From Gracilinanus agilis (Eukaryota): a stretch of 64,000 nt of DNA. This document shows, one piece after another, positions 24,411 to 36,879 of the stretch (its first letter is position 1; the number at the start of each line of letters is the position of its first letter). The position numbers were made by a program, and so were the translations under genes. The notes under the pieces were generated by a model. It saw only the letters and a program-made list of their open reading frames with translations. It had not been told where the DNA came from and did not search any database. The stretch is from contig NC_058135.1 in NCBI RefSeq assembly GCF_016433145.1, positions 298,805,093-298,869,092 of the forward strand, in the 5' to 3' direction.

Positions 24411-25731
24411 TTACTGGTAGTTGCTAGCTCTGTCTTTGGAAAAATCTATTTGCTTTCTAAATCTACAATTCTTAATCAAATGGCCAGGTCTGTTACATAA
24501 AAAACACTTTGGGACTTTGTTGTAAGATCTCTTTGGGTTGGAATAAGTTTCTTTTTTCTTAATTTCATGGTCTCTGGTTGTTTGCAACACAAAATTTCTA
24601 AATTCTTTTCTTTCTTTTTCCCTTCTGACTTCTTTCAGCTATCTTTTTAACTCCTGGATAGTTCTGTCCTTCTCTGAGTCTAACTCAGTCCTAATTTGTT
24701 GTTCCTTGCTTTTGGACTCATGAATATAGGTTGCATGCTTTCTAATGTCTTCTAGAGACAATTCTTCCCACTGTGGACAACTCTGTTTAAAATAGACTTG
24801 GAATTGGAATGCAAGTTCCCTTTATGAATTGGCACCTGATATGGGGTAGAGCTTCCTCAGATTGGTCTTTGTTAAAGCCTAGGAAATTTTCTGAATTTTC
24901 AATAAACCTGTCTAAAAACAAGCTAGGGTGCTCATCCTCAGCCTGCCTCATTTTTACAAACTTATTCCACCCATTAGGTCTTTTAGCATGTATTTTTACA
25001 GCCTCGAGTAAATCAGTTCTGCATTTCAAAAGTGCTTTCATATTTTCCGGTTCTGTCAAATCAATCACTTCATGCCCACATGGCCACAAAACCAAATTTG
25101 GGTTATCTCTTGTTTCAGCAATGAATTTGTCTTTTTCACTGGGGGTAAAGAATTCATCTAAAATAAATTCAGTGTCCTGGTAGGATGGATTAAAAAGGTT
25201 GAAGGTCCTTTTTAACTCCTTGGCTAATTTATATGGGGACAAGAAATATTTGGGGAACCTCCTCTTTAGCACCTCTAAATCTTGTGCAGTAAAAGCTTTG
25301 TATGTCTTCATGCTAACAGGTTCACCATTTGGTCTGAATTGGGTCTGATCTATAATCGGGAACAATGACACAGTGGTAAGGGCAATTGCTCCATTTTCAA
25401 TCTGGGTAGCCTCATTAATATCAAAATCAGTCTGGGTACAACTGTCCACCATCTTAGATCTTGGAGTTTCTTTGGCCTTAGGCTTGTATGCATTCTCTAT
25501 GATGTCTAGCTGTAAGATAGTATGTTCATCCAGTGCCTGTCCCTGCTTAATCTTACTATTGATTTCCACCATCAGCCTGAGCTGTTCCTTCATCACAGAA
25601 AACATATCTTCATTGTTTTGTTTGCCTTTCCCAAAGATCAATTGACTTATTTTCTTCACTGCCAAAATCCCTCGGATTGTTGTCACAAACATCACTACAA
25701 TTGCTGTTAAGTAGGACAGGAAATCTGCCAT
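24411..25731 (-). pseudogene. ERV gag: 314-aa open frame (25731-24787; TM segment, coiled coil, capsid) plus disrupted nucleocapsid tail
   Basis: ATG in strong Kozak (TTCACCATGG). Capsid-like YKAFTAQDLEVLK...FNPSYQD; MHR-like MRQAEDEHPSLFLDRF. After two frameshifts and one stop comes CCHC knuckle CFLCNRPGHLIKNC (24506-24465), then TAA at 24413-24411. Confidence 0.85.
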
Positions 25732-25802
25732 GGTGAATGCCAAGTACTTATAGGCATCATATGTTAGAATTTTTATAAAATAGTCTGAGATGACTTGTTT
25801 TG

Positions 25803-26392
25803 TGAGGATTATTTAGGTATTCGTTTATATACAGTTAATGTGGACCTAGCAGGAAGAGCTGGAGAATTCCAAGATGGAATGAAGAAGCAGGAAGTGTGTT
25901 TCTTGCTCACTGAGAGAGACTCCATGGTGGTTGGGACAAGCAGCAACTGACAACTAGGAGACACCAGATTTACCAGTGATCCTGTGGAAAGACTGTCACC
26001 TACTGGTGGGAGATTTTGGTAGAGACTGCTAAATCCCAACCTGAGGGGTCAGCTCCCAGAATCTACCCACCTGGAAGAGTGCAGCTGGTGCTCCGGAGGA
26101 GCAGAAACATCACTGGAGAGGCTGAACACTACTGCTGTGAGGATACTCACTCCTGTCCTGCTTTCCCCTGGGCCCTGTTATGCTTAGGTCTTAATTTAGT
26201 GTAGTCAAGTCCTTCCCCTGTCCCTGTGGTTTGCCCTTAGCTTGTTAGTGTAGAATCCCAATCCCCATCCTTTATCTTGTAGTCCCTGATTAAAAACTGT
26301 TATAAACCATTGCCTTTTGCCTGCTGGTTCCATAGGCCCTTGCCTAGGTGGGCTGAGTGACTGTTGGGGCCTAACTGCCACTTCCAGTAACC
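25803..26392 (+). mobile_element. Solo LTR inserted in the ERV leader (same family as 61257-61818)
   Basis: Reverse-complement homologous to 61257-61818; ATTAAA near 26289; orientation inferred. Confidence 0.75.
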
Positions 26393-26648
26393 GTAACCTC
26401 CTAGTAGTTAAATTTGGTCTCCCTACCTCGTTTGATCCTGTTCATGTCATTCCTGTCTCTCTCACCCCAGTGTGAACCCACAAATAATAATAGTTAACAT
26501 CCCTGCTAACCCTCCATTATACTTGAAACCATAGCCTTATCACACCTTGGGTGAAGAAATAGATGAACAGTGAGATGGTGCTAAAAATGAAAGTTGCCAA
26601 CCCCATCTTATTCCCTTTTCCCTTTAGTTAGCCTAGATTCTTTGCCCT

Positions 26649-27002
26649 CTGGCTTCACCAAAAACTGTTATAAACAAGAAGGGGTCCTAAGGAGATATCG
26701 ATATGCAGTGATGTGAATGTATCTAGCTGTATTCTCCCCAGCTGCAGGTGATGGAGGAACACCAACTCTGATCACCCTTTGTGGGAAGCCGTTTGATGTA
26801 TTAAATAGCCTTTGGAAAAATAGGATCAAATCTAGGGCCTGTTATCTGGATTCCCTACGTGACCAATCCAGACTGAGGCAGTCTTTGTGTTTGGTTCTGG
26901 TCACCTGAGCCCCGAAAAGCTCTGGTACCAGCAGGTAGGTTAATCCAAAATCAACTTGATCCCTCCAAGAGGCTATTAGGAGTCATTTAGAGAAACAGAG
27001 TC
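26649..27002 (-). mobile_element. Probable 5' LTR end and degenerate PBS of the gag-bearing ERV
   Basis: Minus strand ...GTTTATAACA-GTTTT-TGGTGAAGCCAG, resembling a tRNA-Arg PBS (TGGCGAGCCAG). Confidence 0.4.
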
Positions 27003-27670
27003 TGTAACAGATATTTTATCTGGATCCCATTACAAAATCATCGGCAAGTAAAACTGTGTGTATGATTTTTCTGCACTGCATGTCAGGAATGCAGACAGAA
27101 TGGGCCATCTAAGATAAAAATCTGAGGCTCCTCTTTTGACTCAGTTTTGATCCCCACCTTTCTTAGAACTCCTATTGGAAAACTTTGAAGTGGCAGACCA
27201 GCATCTACTGAGTTAATGATTCCTCTCCTTGATAATTAAGAAGCCCGAACCCTAACAAACATTACTTAAGATAAGTCTGCATACTTAGATAAGTATGGCG
27301 CTTTTAGTCTTGACTTTATTTGTCCAGGTGCCTATAATCCTGGAAGACAGAACTCAATAAGTGAGCATCTCCATAAAAATATTTCCTCTCCCAGAATTAT
27401 CCCTACTAATTGATGGTCGGAAATTGGCCATTGTCTTGGCACTTATACCTTTACTCTTTAGACTTTAATGGATTATGTATGACCTGTTACCCCTTCATAA
27501 CTGTGACTCTTTCTTTGTGTTCTTTGTTTGAAATCAGTATATAATAAATCCCAAGCCCACAGAATTTGGGACAGCATGGGCTAAACACTAGTCTGGCTGT
27601 TCTCATTTTTCTTTTTCCTGTCTTATCAATCCGACTCCGTAGACGCCACTCAGAACCCCCATTTTTATCA
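27003..27670 (+). mobile_element. Solo LTR
   Basis: TGTAACAG...TATA/AATAAA (GTATATAATAAA ~27538)...ends TTTTATCA. Confidence 0.6.
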
Positions 27671-27689
27671 TATAGGAGGCTGGCCCCCT

Positions 27690-28457
27690 ATAACCCTTGA
27701 TAATTGTTATGATTTCCCCTTTCCTTTAACAGTTGCCCAGGGAGGACCCTCAAGAGACTAAATGGATGGGTAACCTTTCCAGGTCCAACCTGGGATTGGA
27801 CAGATTAACATAGGGCTTTTGATTTGCCTTGGATTATGTTTTATATTTGACTGAGTTGACTCCCTCCCCAAGGGTCCTGATATAAGGACCACTCAGGAAG
27901 GTACTTATTAAACTCTATAATCAGGGAAAGGATAAACAGGACAAGGATTGCGGATTGGCAACCCTATCAATCTATTATCTATAAACTAGTTGACAGTCAG
28001 ACTGGAGGCTACTGATCATGTAGAAGCTGGAGCTTTATTCTCTCCACTACCTCTGGCCCAGCCTGGTCACAGCCAAGCCAGAGAATAGGGACTGCTACTG
28101 ATGCAGCTGTGTTGGTGATCTTATTCTCTCAGCTTTCTCACTACCAGTGTTTGGTGATGCACTAGCTCTCCCAGTCTTTCAGGAAATATTCAGATCTATT
28201 CCTACCCTCTTCTTCATAGACCTCCCTGCCTCCCTTCACCACCCACTCAGAGATTTCCCAGTCCAGAGACTCCTGTCTAGAGATCTCCAGAGCCCAGAGA
28301 GAGACCTCTTTCAAGTGGCTGTCAGGGGTATATATACTCCTGGGGCCAACCAACATTTGCCCCTGGCTCACGGCACCTGGGAACATTCCGAGTCTTCCAA
28401 CTGCCATCCCTGCCATTCAAGGTGGCATCCATCACTTCCCAGATTATGAATATAACA
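27690..28457 (-). mobile_element. Solo LTR (same family as 33896-34677)
   Basis: Minus strand starts TGTTATATTCATAATCTGGG...GATGGATGCCACCTTG; homologous along its length to 33896-34677. Confidence 0.8.
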
Positions 28458-30104
28458 GGGGCAGCTGGATCCCCAGGCTGCTGGGTGTGTGAAGGGTGAA
28501 GGCATGGAGCGATCCCTTCTCCAGCCATGACAAAGAAAGGCACCAGATGTTTGGGTCTGTGGGCACGCAGACCTTTAGGAAACGTTGCCGAGACGAAGCT
28601 ACAGACTTGTCAAGGGCATCTCTGACGAATGTGTGGAAAGGGAAGAGGCAGGCTTTCCCAGGGGAGAAGCAGCAAACCGTCTCTTTGCAGGCACACGGCT
28701 GACACGTGCAGAGACCTCAACAAGATCTCCGAGTAGGCTCCTTATTTAACGATCAAAGCCAACGGAGTCTGCCTTCACGGCTCTTCTTCGGCGGGCTGCC
28801 TCATGTGTGTGTATCAGAGTCCCGGAAGGGCGTAATAATGGCCAATAGCTTTGCCCACTCCGGATATGAAGGGAGGCAGACAACGGGGGAAAGCGTTCTG
28901 GTTGGCGGTCGGGTCCGGTGGGGTCGGATCGTATCCGGGAAGTCGTGCGGAGCTTCTCGTGACCCCGGCTTCTCCCCGGACCAAAGAGGCTCCTCGAGCC
29001 CATCCCCAGGGCCCTTCCCAACCAAAGGCCCACGTGAGTCACCTAAATATTTGGACCCAGGGAGGGAGGGGCCCGATGATGTCTTGAGACTCTCTGGGCC
29101 AGGCTGTCCTGGATTGAGGAAGGGAAGTGCAAGGCTGATTAGCCCGCCAGGGAGGAGCCCATCTAATAAGGCCCAGGGGGCTGCTGGGATATTACCACTC
29201 TCTGCCTGCTTCCCTTCTAATGAGACCGAGGAGAGGCAGCCCCAAGGGCCTCCGTCCCTTCCTTAGCTCACGGGGCCCTCCTGGGACAGACACCGCTGCG
29301 GCCAGGGACCTCGTTAGCCAGGCCAGGCCAGAGTCGGGTCTCGGTTCCCAGCGCCACTCTCCAGGGAAGGCCGCTTTCCTCCCGACAGACCCTACCCCGA
29401 GCCTTTGTTCCCCCAGGCGGCCTGGGCCCGGGCCCCTCCCTTCTTTTCTGTCAGGACCACTTCTTCATCTCTTCCTTTGTCTGTTCCCTCATTCATTCAC
29501 TGGGTGAGCCTAAACCCCAAAAGAGGAGACCAGGAAGGCCGAGGGAGGGACAAGCCCCGAGGTCACGAAGGATGAAGCGACCTGGCCAGGGCCAAACAGC
29601 TAAGGGGTGTCTGCAGCTGGCTCTGAACCCAGGCCTTCTGGCCCTCCCGCCCATGTAGCTGCCGAGGTCACGACAGGGCAGGCCTGAAGGCCATCCCTCC
29701 TCGCTTCTGCGCTCAGGGCCCGGGGCTGGGTGGCCACCGAGGGCAGGAGACAGAGCTCCGAGTTCGACTTGCCGGGAGGGGGCCGAGACAGGCACACGAA
29801 TAACTAGAAGACTGTGCGGGGAAGAGCGTGAGAAGCGTCTTGTGAAAGGAGAAGATGGTGCCTGGGGGGGGGGGGGGGGGAAGGGGGCCTCAGAGGAGAA
29901 GGACCACGAGGAATCTCGGGAGGCAGGGTGGCAGGCGAGCCTGGGCATCGTCGAAGCTTTGCCCCAGACATGGTCCTCTGTGAAGCCCCCAGGTCCTCCC
30001 CGACCCCCTTCAGCCATCTGGCTGACCCGCTGGGTCTCTTTAACGAGGAGGAGGGGGGAGGGGGAGAGGGGGCCGCCGTGCGGGGCGCCCTTCCCCCGCC
30101 TCCC

Positions 30105-31052
30105 TCAGTCCCCCGGGCCCCCCAGCCTCCTTGCCACGGCCCTCCTGAGGGCAACTTTGACCTCCTTGTTTCTGAGGGTGTAGATGAGGGGGTTGAGCAG
30201 GGGCGTGATGGCCGTGTAGAGCACGGCCACCACGCGGTCCTGGGACAGGGTGTGTCTGGAGCGGGGGCGGAGGTACATGAAGCCAGCACAGCCGTAGTGG
30301 ATGACCACCACGGTCAGGTGCGCGGCGCACGTGGAGAAGGCCTTCCTGCGGCCCTCCCGGGAGCGGATGCGCAGCACGGCGGACGCGATGAGCACGTAGG
30401 AGAGGAGGGTGAGGGAGAAGCAGCCCAGGACCAGGAAGCCCGTCACGGCAAACAGGAGGAGCTCGTTGGTGCGCACGTCCGAGCAGGCCAGCTTGAGCAG
30501 GGGCGCGATGTCACAGAAGAAGTGCTGGACGCGCCGCCGGCCCCCGCAGAAGCTCACGCGGCTCATCATGGCCACGTGCAGCAGGGAGTGGAAGAAGCCC
30601 ACGGCCCAGACGAGGCCCGCCAGGCCCAGGCAGAGGGGCCGCGTCATGAGCAGCGGGTAGCGCAGAGGGTTGAAGATGGCCACGTAGCGGTCGAAGCCCA
30701 TGAGCGTGAGCAGCATCGCCTCGGTGCTGCCCAGGAAGTGGAAGAAGAACATCTGGGCCAGGCAGCCCCGCCGCGAGATGGCCCGGGCCGCCGCCAGGAG
30801 GTCGCCGAACATCTTGGGCACCGTGGTGGACGAGTAGAAGACGTCGATGAAGGACAGGATGCTGATGAAGAAGTACATGGGGGTGTGCAGCGGCCGCTCG
30901 CTCCAGATCACCAGCATGATGGCCACGTTCCCCGCCACGTTGGCCACGTAGATGAGCAGGAAGACGGCGAACAGCAGGGTCCGCAGGTCGGGGGCGTCGG
31001 AGAGCCCCAGCAGCAGGAACTCCGTGGCCAGCGTGCCGTTGCCCTCCTCCAT
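30105..31052 (-). CDS. Olfactory receptor, class II (family 12-like), intact 315 aa
   Basis: N-glycosylation site NGT; motifs LHTPMYFF, GSTEAMLLTLMGFDRYVAI, HFFCD, KAFSTCAAHL, PLLNPLIYTLRNKEVK; no lesions. Confidence 0.95.
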   Translation of the reverse strand: MEEGNGTLATEFLLLGLSDAPDLRTLLFAVFLLIYVANVAGNVAIMLVIWSERPLHTPMYFFISILSFIDVFYSSTTVPKMFGDLLAAARAISRRGCLAQMFFFHFLGSTEAMLLTLMGFDRYVAIFNPLRYPLLMTRPLCLGLAGLVWAVGFFHSLLHVAMMSRVSFCGGRRRVQHFFCDIAPLLKLACSDVRTNELLLFAVTGFLVLGCFSLTLLSYVLIASAVLRIRSREGRRKAFSTCAAHLTVVVIHYGCAGFMYLRPRSRHTLSQDRVVAVLYTAITPLLNPLIYTLRNKEVKVALRRAVARRLGGPGD

Positions 31053-31946
31053 GCCTCCGACCCTGCCAAGGGGAGGGGACCCTGGCCGAGAGGAGAGACG
31101 GGAGGGGTCGGCGGGGGGGCCGGGCCCTAAGAGGCCCCCCGGCTCTGGCCTCAGCCCCCTCCTCTGCAAAGCCGTGCCCCGTCGCCCTCTGCCCTTCCCG
31201 CCTAGGGGAGCCGGCCTGGCCTGACCCGCCCGGCGTCCCTCTGAGCCCTCCCTTTCTCGGAGAGCTTCCCGAACCCCGGCAAAGGGAACCGCGAGCGGCA
31301 CCGTGTGCGTGGCCTGCCACCGTGTGGCACCTGGGCCTCAGTTCCCTCCTCTCGGAGAGATGGCATCTGCCCCTTTGCGGTCTAAATCCCGCTGGCTGCT
31401 CCTGGCAGGGCACGGACTCGGGTTCCCGAACGCGTGAATCTTCTGATCCTGGCCCTATCTGAGCCCATCCCCCAAAGCAGCTGCCATCGCAAGCCCCAGC
31501 TCCAAAGGCAGGCCTGGAGGGGGAATGGGGGAGGTCGGGAGGGGGGGAGTGCTGGGGCCTGGCCCAGGCCAGCAGGGAGGCTTCCCTCAGGGCATGTTGG
31601 GGCCTAGGAAGGCCTGGTCTGGGAGGAGAGGGAAACCCTGAGCCTTCACCATGCCCCACCGCTCTGCGTACTGTGGGAGGGCCTGGCTGGCCTTCAGAGG
31701 AGGCAGATCCTGGCTCCGAAGGCCCAGAACCGGCCTCTCTCTGCCCCTCTTCTCCCTCTCGGGGCTAGGGCGGAAGGAAGGTGGGGCCCCAGACGCCCTC
31801 TGAGAGCTTGCTGGGACCTTCCCTTCCATCCTTCCGCCAAGGTCTGTCCCGGTGCCCACTGGGTAATCCAGCCAGACGCAGCTTCCGTGTGGGAGGCCAA
31901 TGAGAGAGACAGTGTCCAAGAGCCCCCTCGAAAGCTCCTCTGCTAG

Positions 31947-33118
31947 TGTAGTGCAAATAGGGTGCATGTCAGCCCTGCAAAGCCTCACTGCAGAATTTCT
32001 GACAGTTGAGAAGGGTTTCGAATCTTGAGGAGTGCAGTTGACCCTGCAGACTCGTGGAGAGGAGAAGGGTCAATCTGAGCTCTGTCTTTGGATGGCAAAC
32101 CTGGACTGTATTCTGCAGCTTTTCTCTTAAAATTTGTTAGTTTAACTATTTCCTTTAGATCTCCCTCACCTCCCCTATTCCCAATTGCCATTTTCCCTTC
32201 CTAAATTTCTTGGGGATTTGAAAAGAGGGTGGATCTGGGGTCAGCTTTCAAACTTGGTAGACATAGTTTCCCCGTAGTCAAATAGGGCTTATCCTTGTTG
32301 CAAATTATCTCCTGAATCAGTGCATCCAACTCTCCCAACCCTACAGGCTACAAAATCTTGGGCTGATTCAGGCAGGTTCCTAAATCAGTCTCACACTCCT
32401 GTCTCCCTCCCCCACCTGAAGCTTTCTCTAGGCGGCTGTTAGAGTTACCTTGTGCCCCTCCATCCCTTCCAATCAACCCTATAAATCAATAAACCCAGTC
32501 TGTCAAGTAATCAAACCTTGACTAGTTCATTAGTTGATTGATAAGAGAGGGAGAGGGGAAGAAAGGAATTGTATAGTCTCTGAGTCGTGAAGGGAGTTGG
32601 AGGCGTCCATCTTGGAGGAAGTGAGATCTCGGTGCTTCCTCTGAGCTCTTCCTTTGTGAACCTGAGAAACTGACGAGCAGCCCTCTAGTCACTTTCAAGC
32701 CATTCTTGGCTGGCCCCAACCTTGGTCAGTAGAAGGGCCCTTCCTGCCTGGAGGGCTCAGTCTGATCCCTTCAGTGTCTCTGTCTCAAACCTGTGTCCCA
32801 GTCTGTGTCTCCCAGGCGGTAGCTGTCTGCCCAAATACCTCATCCTATCCCTTACAACTCCTTATACCTCCGTGTTTATATTCCCTAAACTCAGTCATTC
32901 CCCTTACCTCTCCTCCCATCTCAATCTAGTACCTTCCTTATCCACTTTACTGCCTTAGGGATCCACAAAACCCTATCCACTGTGCCTTATCCCCTATTCA
33001 CTCTACCTTTAGTCCCTTACCTGCCTTATTCCCTATTGCAACCTTACTTTGCCTTAATCTCCCTATTACCACACTACCTTAATCCCCTTATAACATCTGC
33101 CTAAATTCCCTTATTACA
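31947..33118 (+). mobile_element. Long solo LTR
   Basis: TG...CA ends, TATAAA 32480-32485, AATAAA 32488-32493, short-repeat U5-like tail. Confidence 0.65.
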
Positions 33119-33895
33119 TCCCTGCCTGAGCTAGCCAGGACATGGCTCCTGCCTCCTCTTCTGAGCCCTTTTCTTACTGGAAAAGTCCTCAGCAGAGCAG
33201 CAGTGAAGAGGTTCAGCGTTTCTCTTTAAGGCAGACATGGAGAGTCTTAGGCCTTCAGGCCCTGGAGACTCTCTCCAGATGGCCAGGGCCCAAGTTGGAC
33301 AAAACCTCACTGAGCTTCCTGGTAACAAGGCGGCTGGGATCACGCCTCTGCCCTGTTCTCTTCTGCACGATCCCTACCTGGAAGTCACCGACGCTATTTT
33401 GATGGGACATAATTTGTATTTGCTGCCCAACTGCCAAGTTTCTTTGTGCCTCTGTGTGAAACGGGGTTTGAATTCCGTATATATTCAACTTGTGCCTCGG
33501 TGGCACTTGGGAGAAGCAGCCACGAGCTGACAGAAAGGTTGTCTCCCACGTGGTCCGCTTCTTTCTTATCACCTGAGCCAACCCTATCAGAGTATCGGGA
33601 AATGCTGGGTAGCTTTCAACACCTCCAGCCATTCCTTCCCTGTGTGCTTGTACAGCGTGTCCCGGGCGCCCCCTCCCCCGGGGGATCCCGCCTCTGAGAC
33701 TCCTTAGACTGCCCTCCCCTCGCCCAGGGAGCCATTCCCCAGGTCCCCCCTGGCCCCGGGCCTCCCTCCTGTTGGGGGGGGCTCAGCGGCCCCCTCCCGC
33801 CCTCCTGGCAGGCCACGCACTGAACTGTGTCCCCTCCCCGAGGGAAGCCCTGCCCCGAGGCTTTCCACAAGGGCCAGGGCAGCTCTCTTCACTCC

Positions 33896-34677
33896 TGTTA
33901 AAATCATTATCTGGGCAGAGATGGATGCCACCTTGACTGACAGGGCTGGCAGTTGAGAATTTGGAATGTCCCCAGGTGCCATGAGCCAGGGGCAAGTGTC
34001 GGTTGGCTCCACCCTATAAATACCCCCTCAGAAGAACAGCTGTGAGCTCAAAGCTCAGAGCAAGAACTGGGACAGAGGGAGGTGAAGGGTGCAGAGGGTC
34101 GGCCTCAACCTGAACCTGTAACCTGTACCTGACTGAGAGAGAGCTAGTGATCAATCAGTGCCATTGATAGCAGAGCTGAGAGAGCACAGAAATCATCTAG
34201 CAGCATCAACATCAATTAGCCTTCCCTAATCTCTGGCTTGGCTGTGGCCAGGTCAGGTCAGAGTTAGAGAGAGGGTGAAGAGCCTCCAGCTTCTACCAGC
34301 CTGGCAATCTCCAGACTTGATCAAAGATCAGCTTAGTAGCCAAACCAATAGCAATAGGGTTCCCACAGTGCTCAAACCTATTACCTTGTTTTCCTTTCCC
34401 CATTAAGAGTTAATACAGTGATTTACCAACAAGTACCTTTCCTGAGCAGTTATTCTACCACAGCCCTTGGGAAGGGGAGATCAATAGGCAGTCAGATACC
34501 AACATTTCCAATAGCCAATCAAATAGCCTTATCAACAACTAATCCAACCTCAGTTTGGGACCTAGAGAGGTTAACCATCCATTCAACCTCTCAGGGGTCC
34601 CCACCCTGGGCAACTGTTGGAAGCCACTGATGGGCTTAACCAGCCAAGCCTGTCAGGGAGGAGAGGGATAGGTTACA
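33896..34677 (+). mobile_element. Solo LTR
   Basis: TGTTAAAATC...GGTTACA; TATAAA 34015-34020; paralog of 27690-28457. Confidence 0.8.
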
Positions 34678-36879
34678 TCCCTAGCTATTGTGAGAGGAGT
34701 GTGCTTCCTCCCTTGCCAACTCTAGGTGCCTTAGGCCTTGGGCCCCTGATCCCTTCTCCATTCATATTATCCCTGAGATAGCATCCCTCCTCTAATATCT
34801 AGAAGGGAGATCCAAAGGGGAGACATACAAAGATATCATCAGTAAGGGCCAGGAGATCTCATTCCTTTTTAAGACTCCTGACCAGAGTCTTAGCCACGCA
34901 CATCTCAGGGGCTCCCTAGCCAAGGTCGGGCGCTCGGCCACTGGGCGCCGGAGACCCCTTCCCTGGGGCGGGGGGCCCTTTAGGAGTCCGCTTGGGATGG
35001 AAAACCCTAGGTTCGAGAGCCTTCCTAGCCAGGCGACCTTGGCAGGGAATGGCTACTTCCTGGGCCTCAGTATCCCCGGCTACAAGGAGAGAAGGTAGCA
35101 AGATGCTGTCTTCTAGATCTGACATTCTGTGGCCTGATGCCTGGCTGGGGCAGGGGGGATGAGGAGGCAGGGAGCCCAAGGGAGGCCTCCTCGAACCCTA
35201 ACGTTTTCTGTCCTCGGCCCCCTCGGCCCAGCTCCCCGTGATCCTTGTCTCCCGGGATCATGGCGTGGACTTTGCCTGGGGATCTCGGGCTCTGGGATCC
35301 CCTGAGGCCTGGCAGGCTCCCCCACCTTCCTCAGACTTAAGAGTCGGCTTTGCTTTAACTGCGTGGTTGGAGGGGTAAAGTATGGGGGTGGGGGGGGTGG
35401 GCCTGGGCTGGCACGCTCGTAGGAGCTTCCCTTCTGTCTCAGAGGCCAGGATCCCCTCGATCTCTGGCCTTCCTGGGGAGTGTCCCAGCCGGGAAGGACG
35501 GGATAACGTGGGGGCTGCTCAGAGGAGGGAAAGAGCACTTCTCTGTCAGGGTGGGGGGCGGGCAATGCTCCACGCTGTCCTGCGGGTGGGCAGCTGGAGC
35601 GGCTCCGGCTCACAGACTGGAAGAAAGGCTGCCCGGCAAAGCGAGTGGAAGATCCCTCACAGCTCTGCCCCTCGGAGGGTGGTCCGGGGGGGCGGACTGG
35701 CAGCCAACGGTAGGGCCGCGGGCTCTGGTTGGGGGGGGGGGCCCGCTCTGAACTGCAGGCTTCTGGGATTCTGCGCTGGGAACTCAGGCCTCCCACCTCT
35801 GGCCTGCAAGGAAGCTGGCAGCCTCGGGGAAGGAGGAGCAGGGGGACGGGACACCGGAGGCGGCAGGGATTGCGCGGGTGGCCTAGCGCGCCCCTCTCGC
35901 TTACGGGAGTCGAGGCCCGGGAAGAAAGAACAACTGGCTTAAGTGGGTGCTGGAAACTCCTGCTTGTCTCCAGGGGAGCTTGTTGGGAACCAGATGCAGG
36001 CTCAGGAAGCAGGAAGTAGGGAGAGTCTCACACTTACTGAGTTCTCAAGTATGGTAGTGAGATCCCCAGCGCGGGAGGTATGCAGGAAGAAGCCAGATGA
36101 CAAGCTGCAGCCGCACAGGAGATTCCTACATGGGGCAAACCGTTGGGAAAGAGGGACTTCATGCAGCATACAGCAACAGTCCCAAGCCCAGAGCTGGGAA
36201 GGGTCACAAAACCCAGCCCCCGCGCCAGGCCCCCACTGCCCAGAGTCCGGGGGAGAGGCGCCACAAGGCTCTTGCTTGTGCTCTACAAAAGCTAAGAGAG
36301 GGTCAGTGGCTGATGGCTGTCCGGGACTCTCTCCTCAGTCACCAATCCCCAAACTACGGAGGCAGAGGGCCCTTCTTCTCCCGGCCTTAGCCTCTCCAGA
36401 TGGACATTAAGGCCTGGGGTCGGGGGATCTCTAAGCACCCTTTGGGGACCTAGAGGACAACGGGCAGGGCCGGCACCACAGGGTAGGGTTAGGCTCCCTC
36501 AGAAGGACAGCCGGGCCAGAACACTCACCTCCTTTCTGTCTGCCTGCTCAGCCAGCTTCCCATCCCGAGTTCTGAAGGGCCCCGAACTGGGATTTAGGCT
36601 GGGCCATATGAAGGAGGAGCTGCCTGGGGAAAGGGGGCCTCGGGCTCCCCAGGGCAGGGGGCGACTGTTTACCAGAGACGCAGCTCCCAAGGAGCCGGGA
36701 GAGAAGCCAATTAGGCTGTGCGGAAAGTCTCGAATGCCACCTCTCCAGGGAAACGCCTACAAAGAGTCCCAGGGAGCATGTCTCTGGGGCACGGAGAGAG
36801 GGGCCTCCTGAGCGGAAGCAGAGACTCTCCAGGGTGGGGCGGTGGGCTCCATTCCCTGCACAACAGTAAATGGACCTCG

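Noticed and set aside
26919-26930. TGGTACCAGAGC on minus, resembling the plant initiator-Met PBS
   Set aside because: Not at an LTR end and does not match vertebrate tRNA-iMet.
29928-31130. 400-aa plus-strand ORF (and 382-aa ORF 30511-31659)
   Set aside because: Shadow frames of the OR; near-total GC3 removes stops in the antisense frame.
31435-31450. GAATCTTCTGATCC, identical to part of tRNA-Arg
   Set aside because: Only 14 nt, no cloverleaf; SINE remnant or chance.
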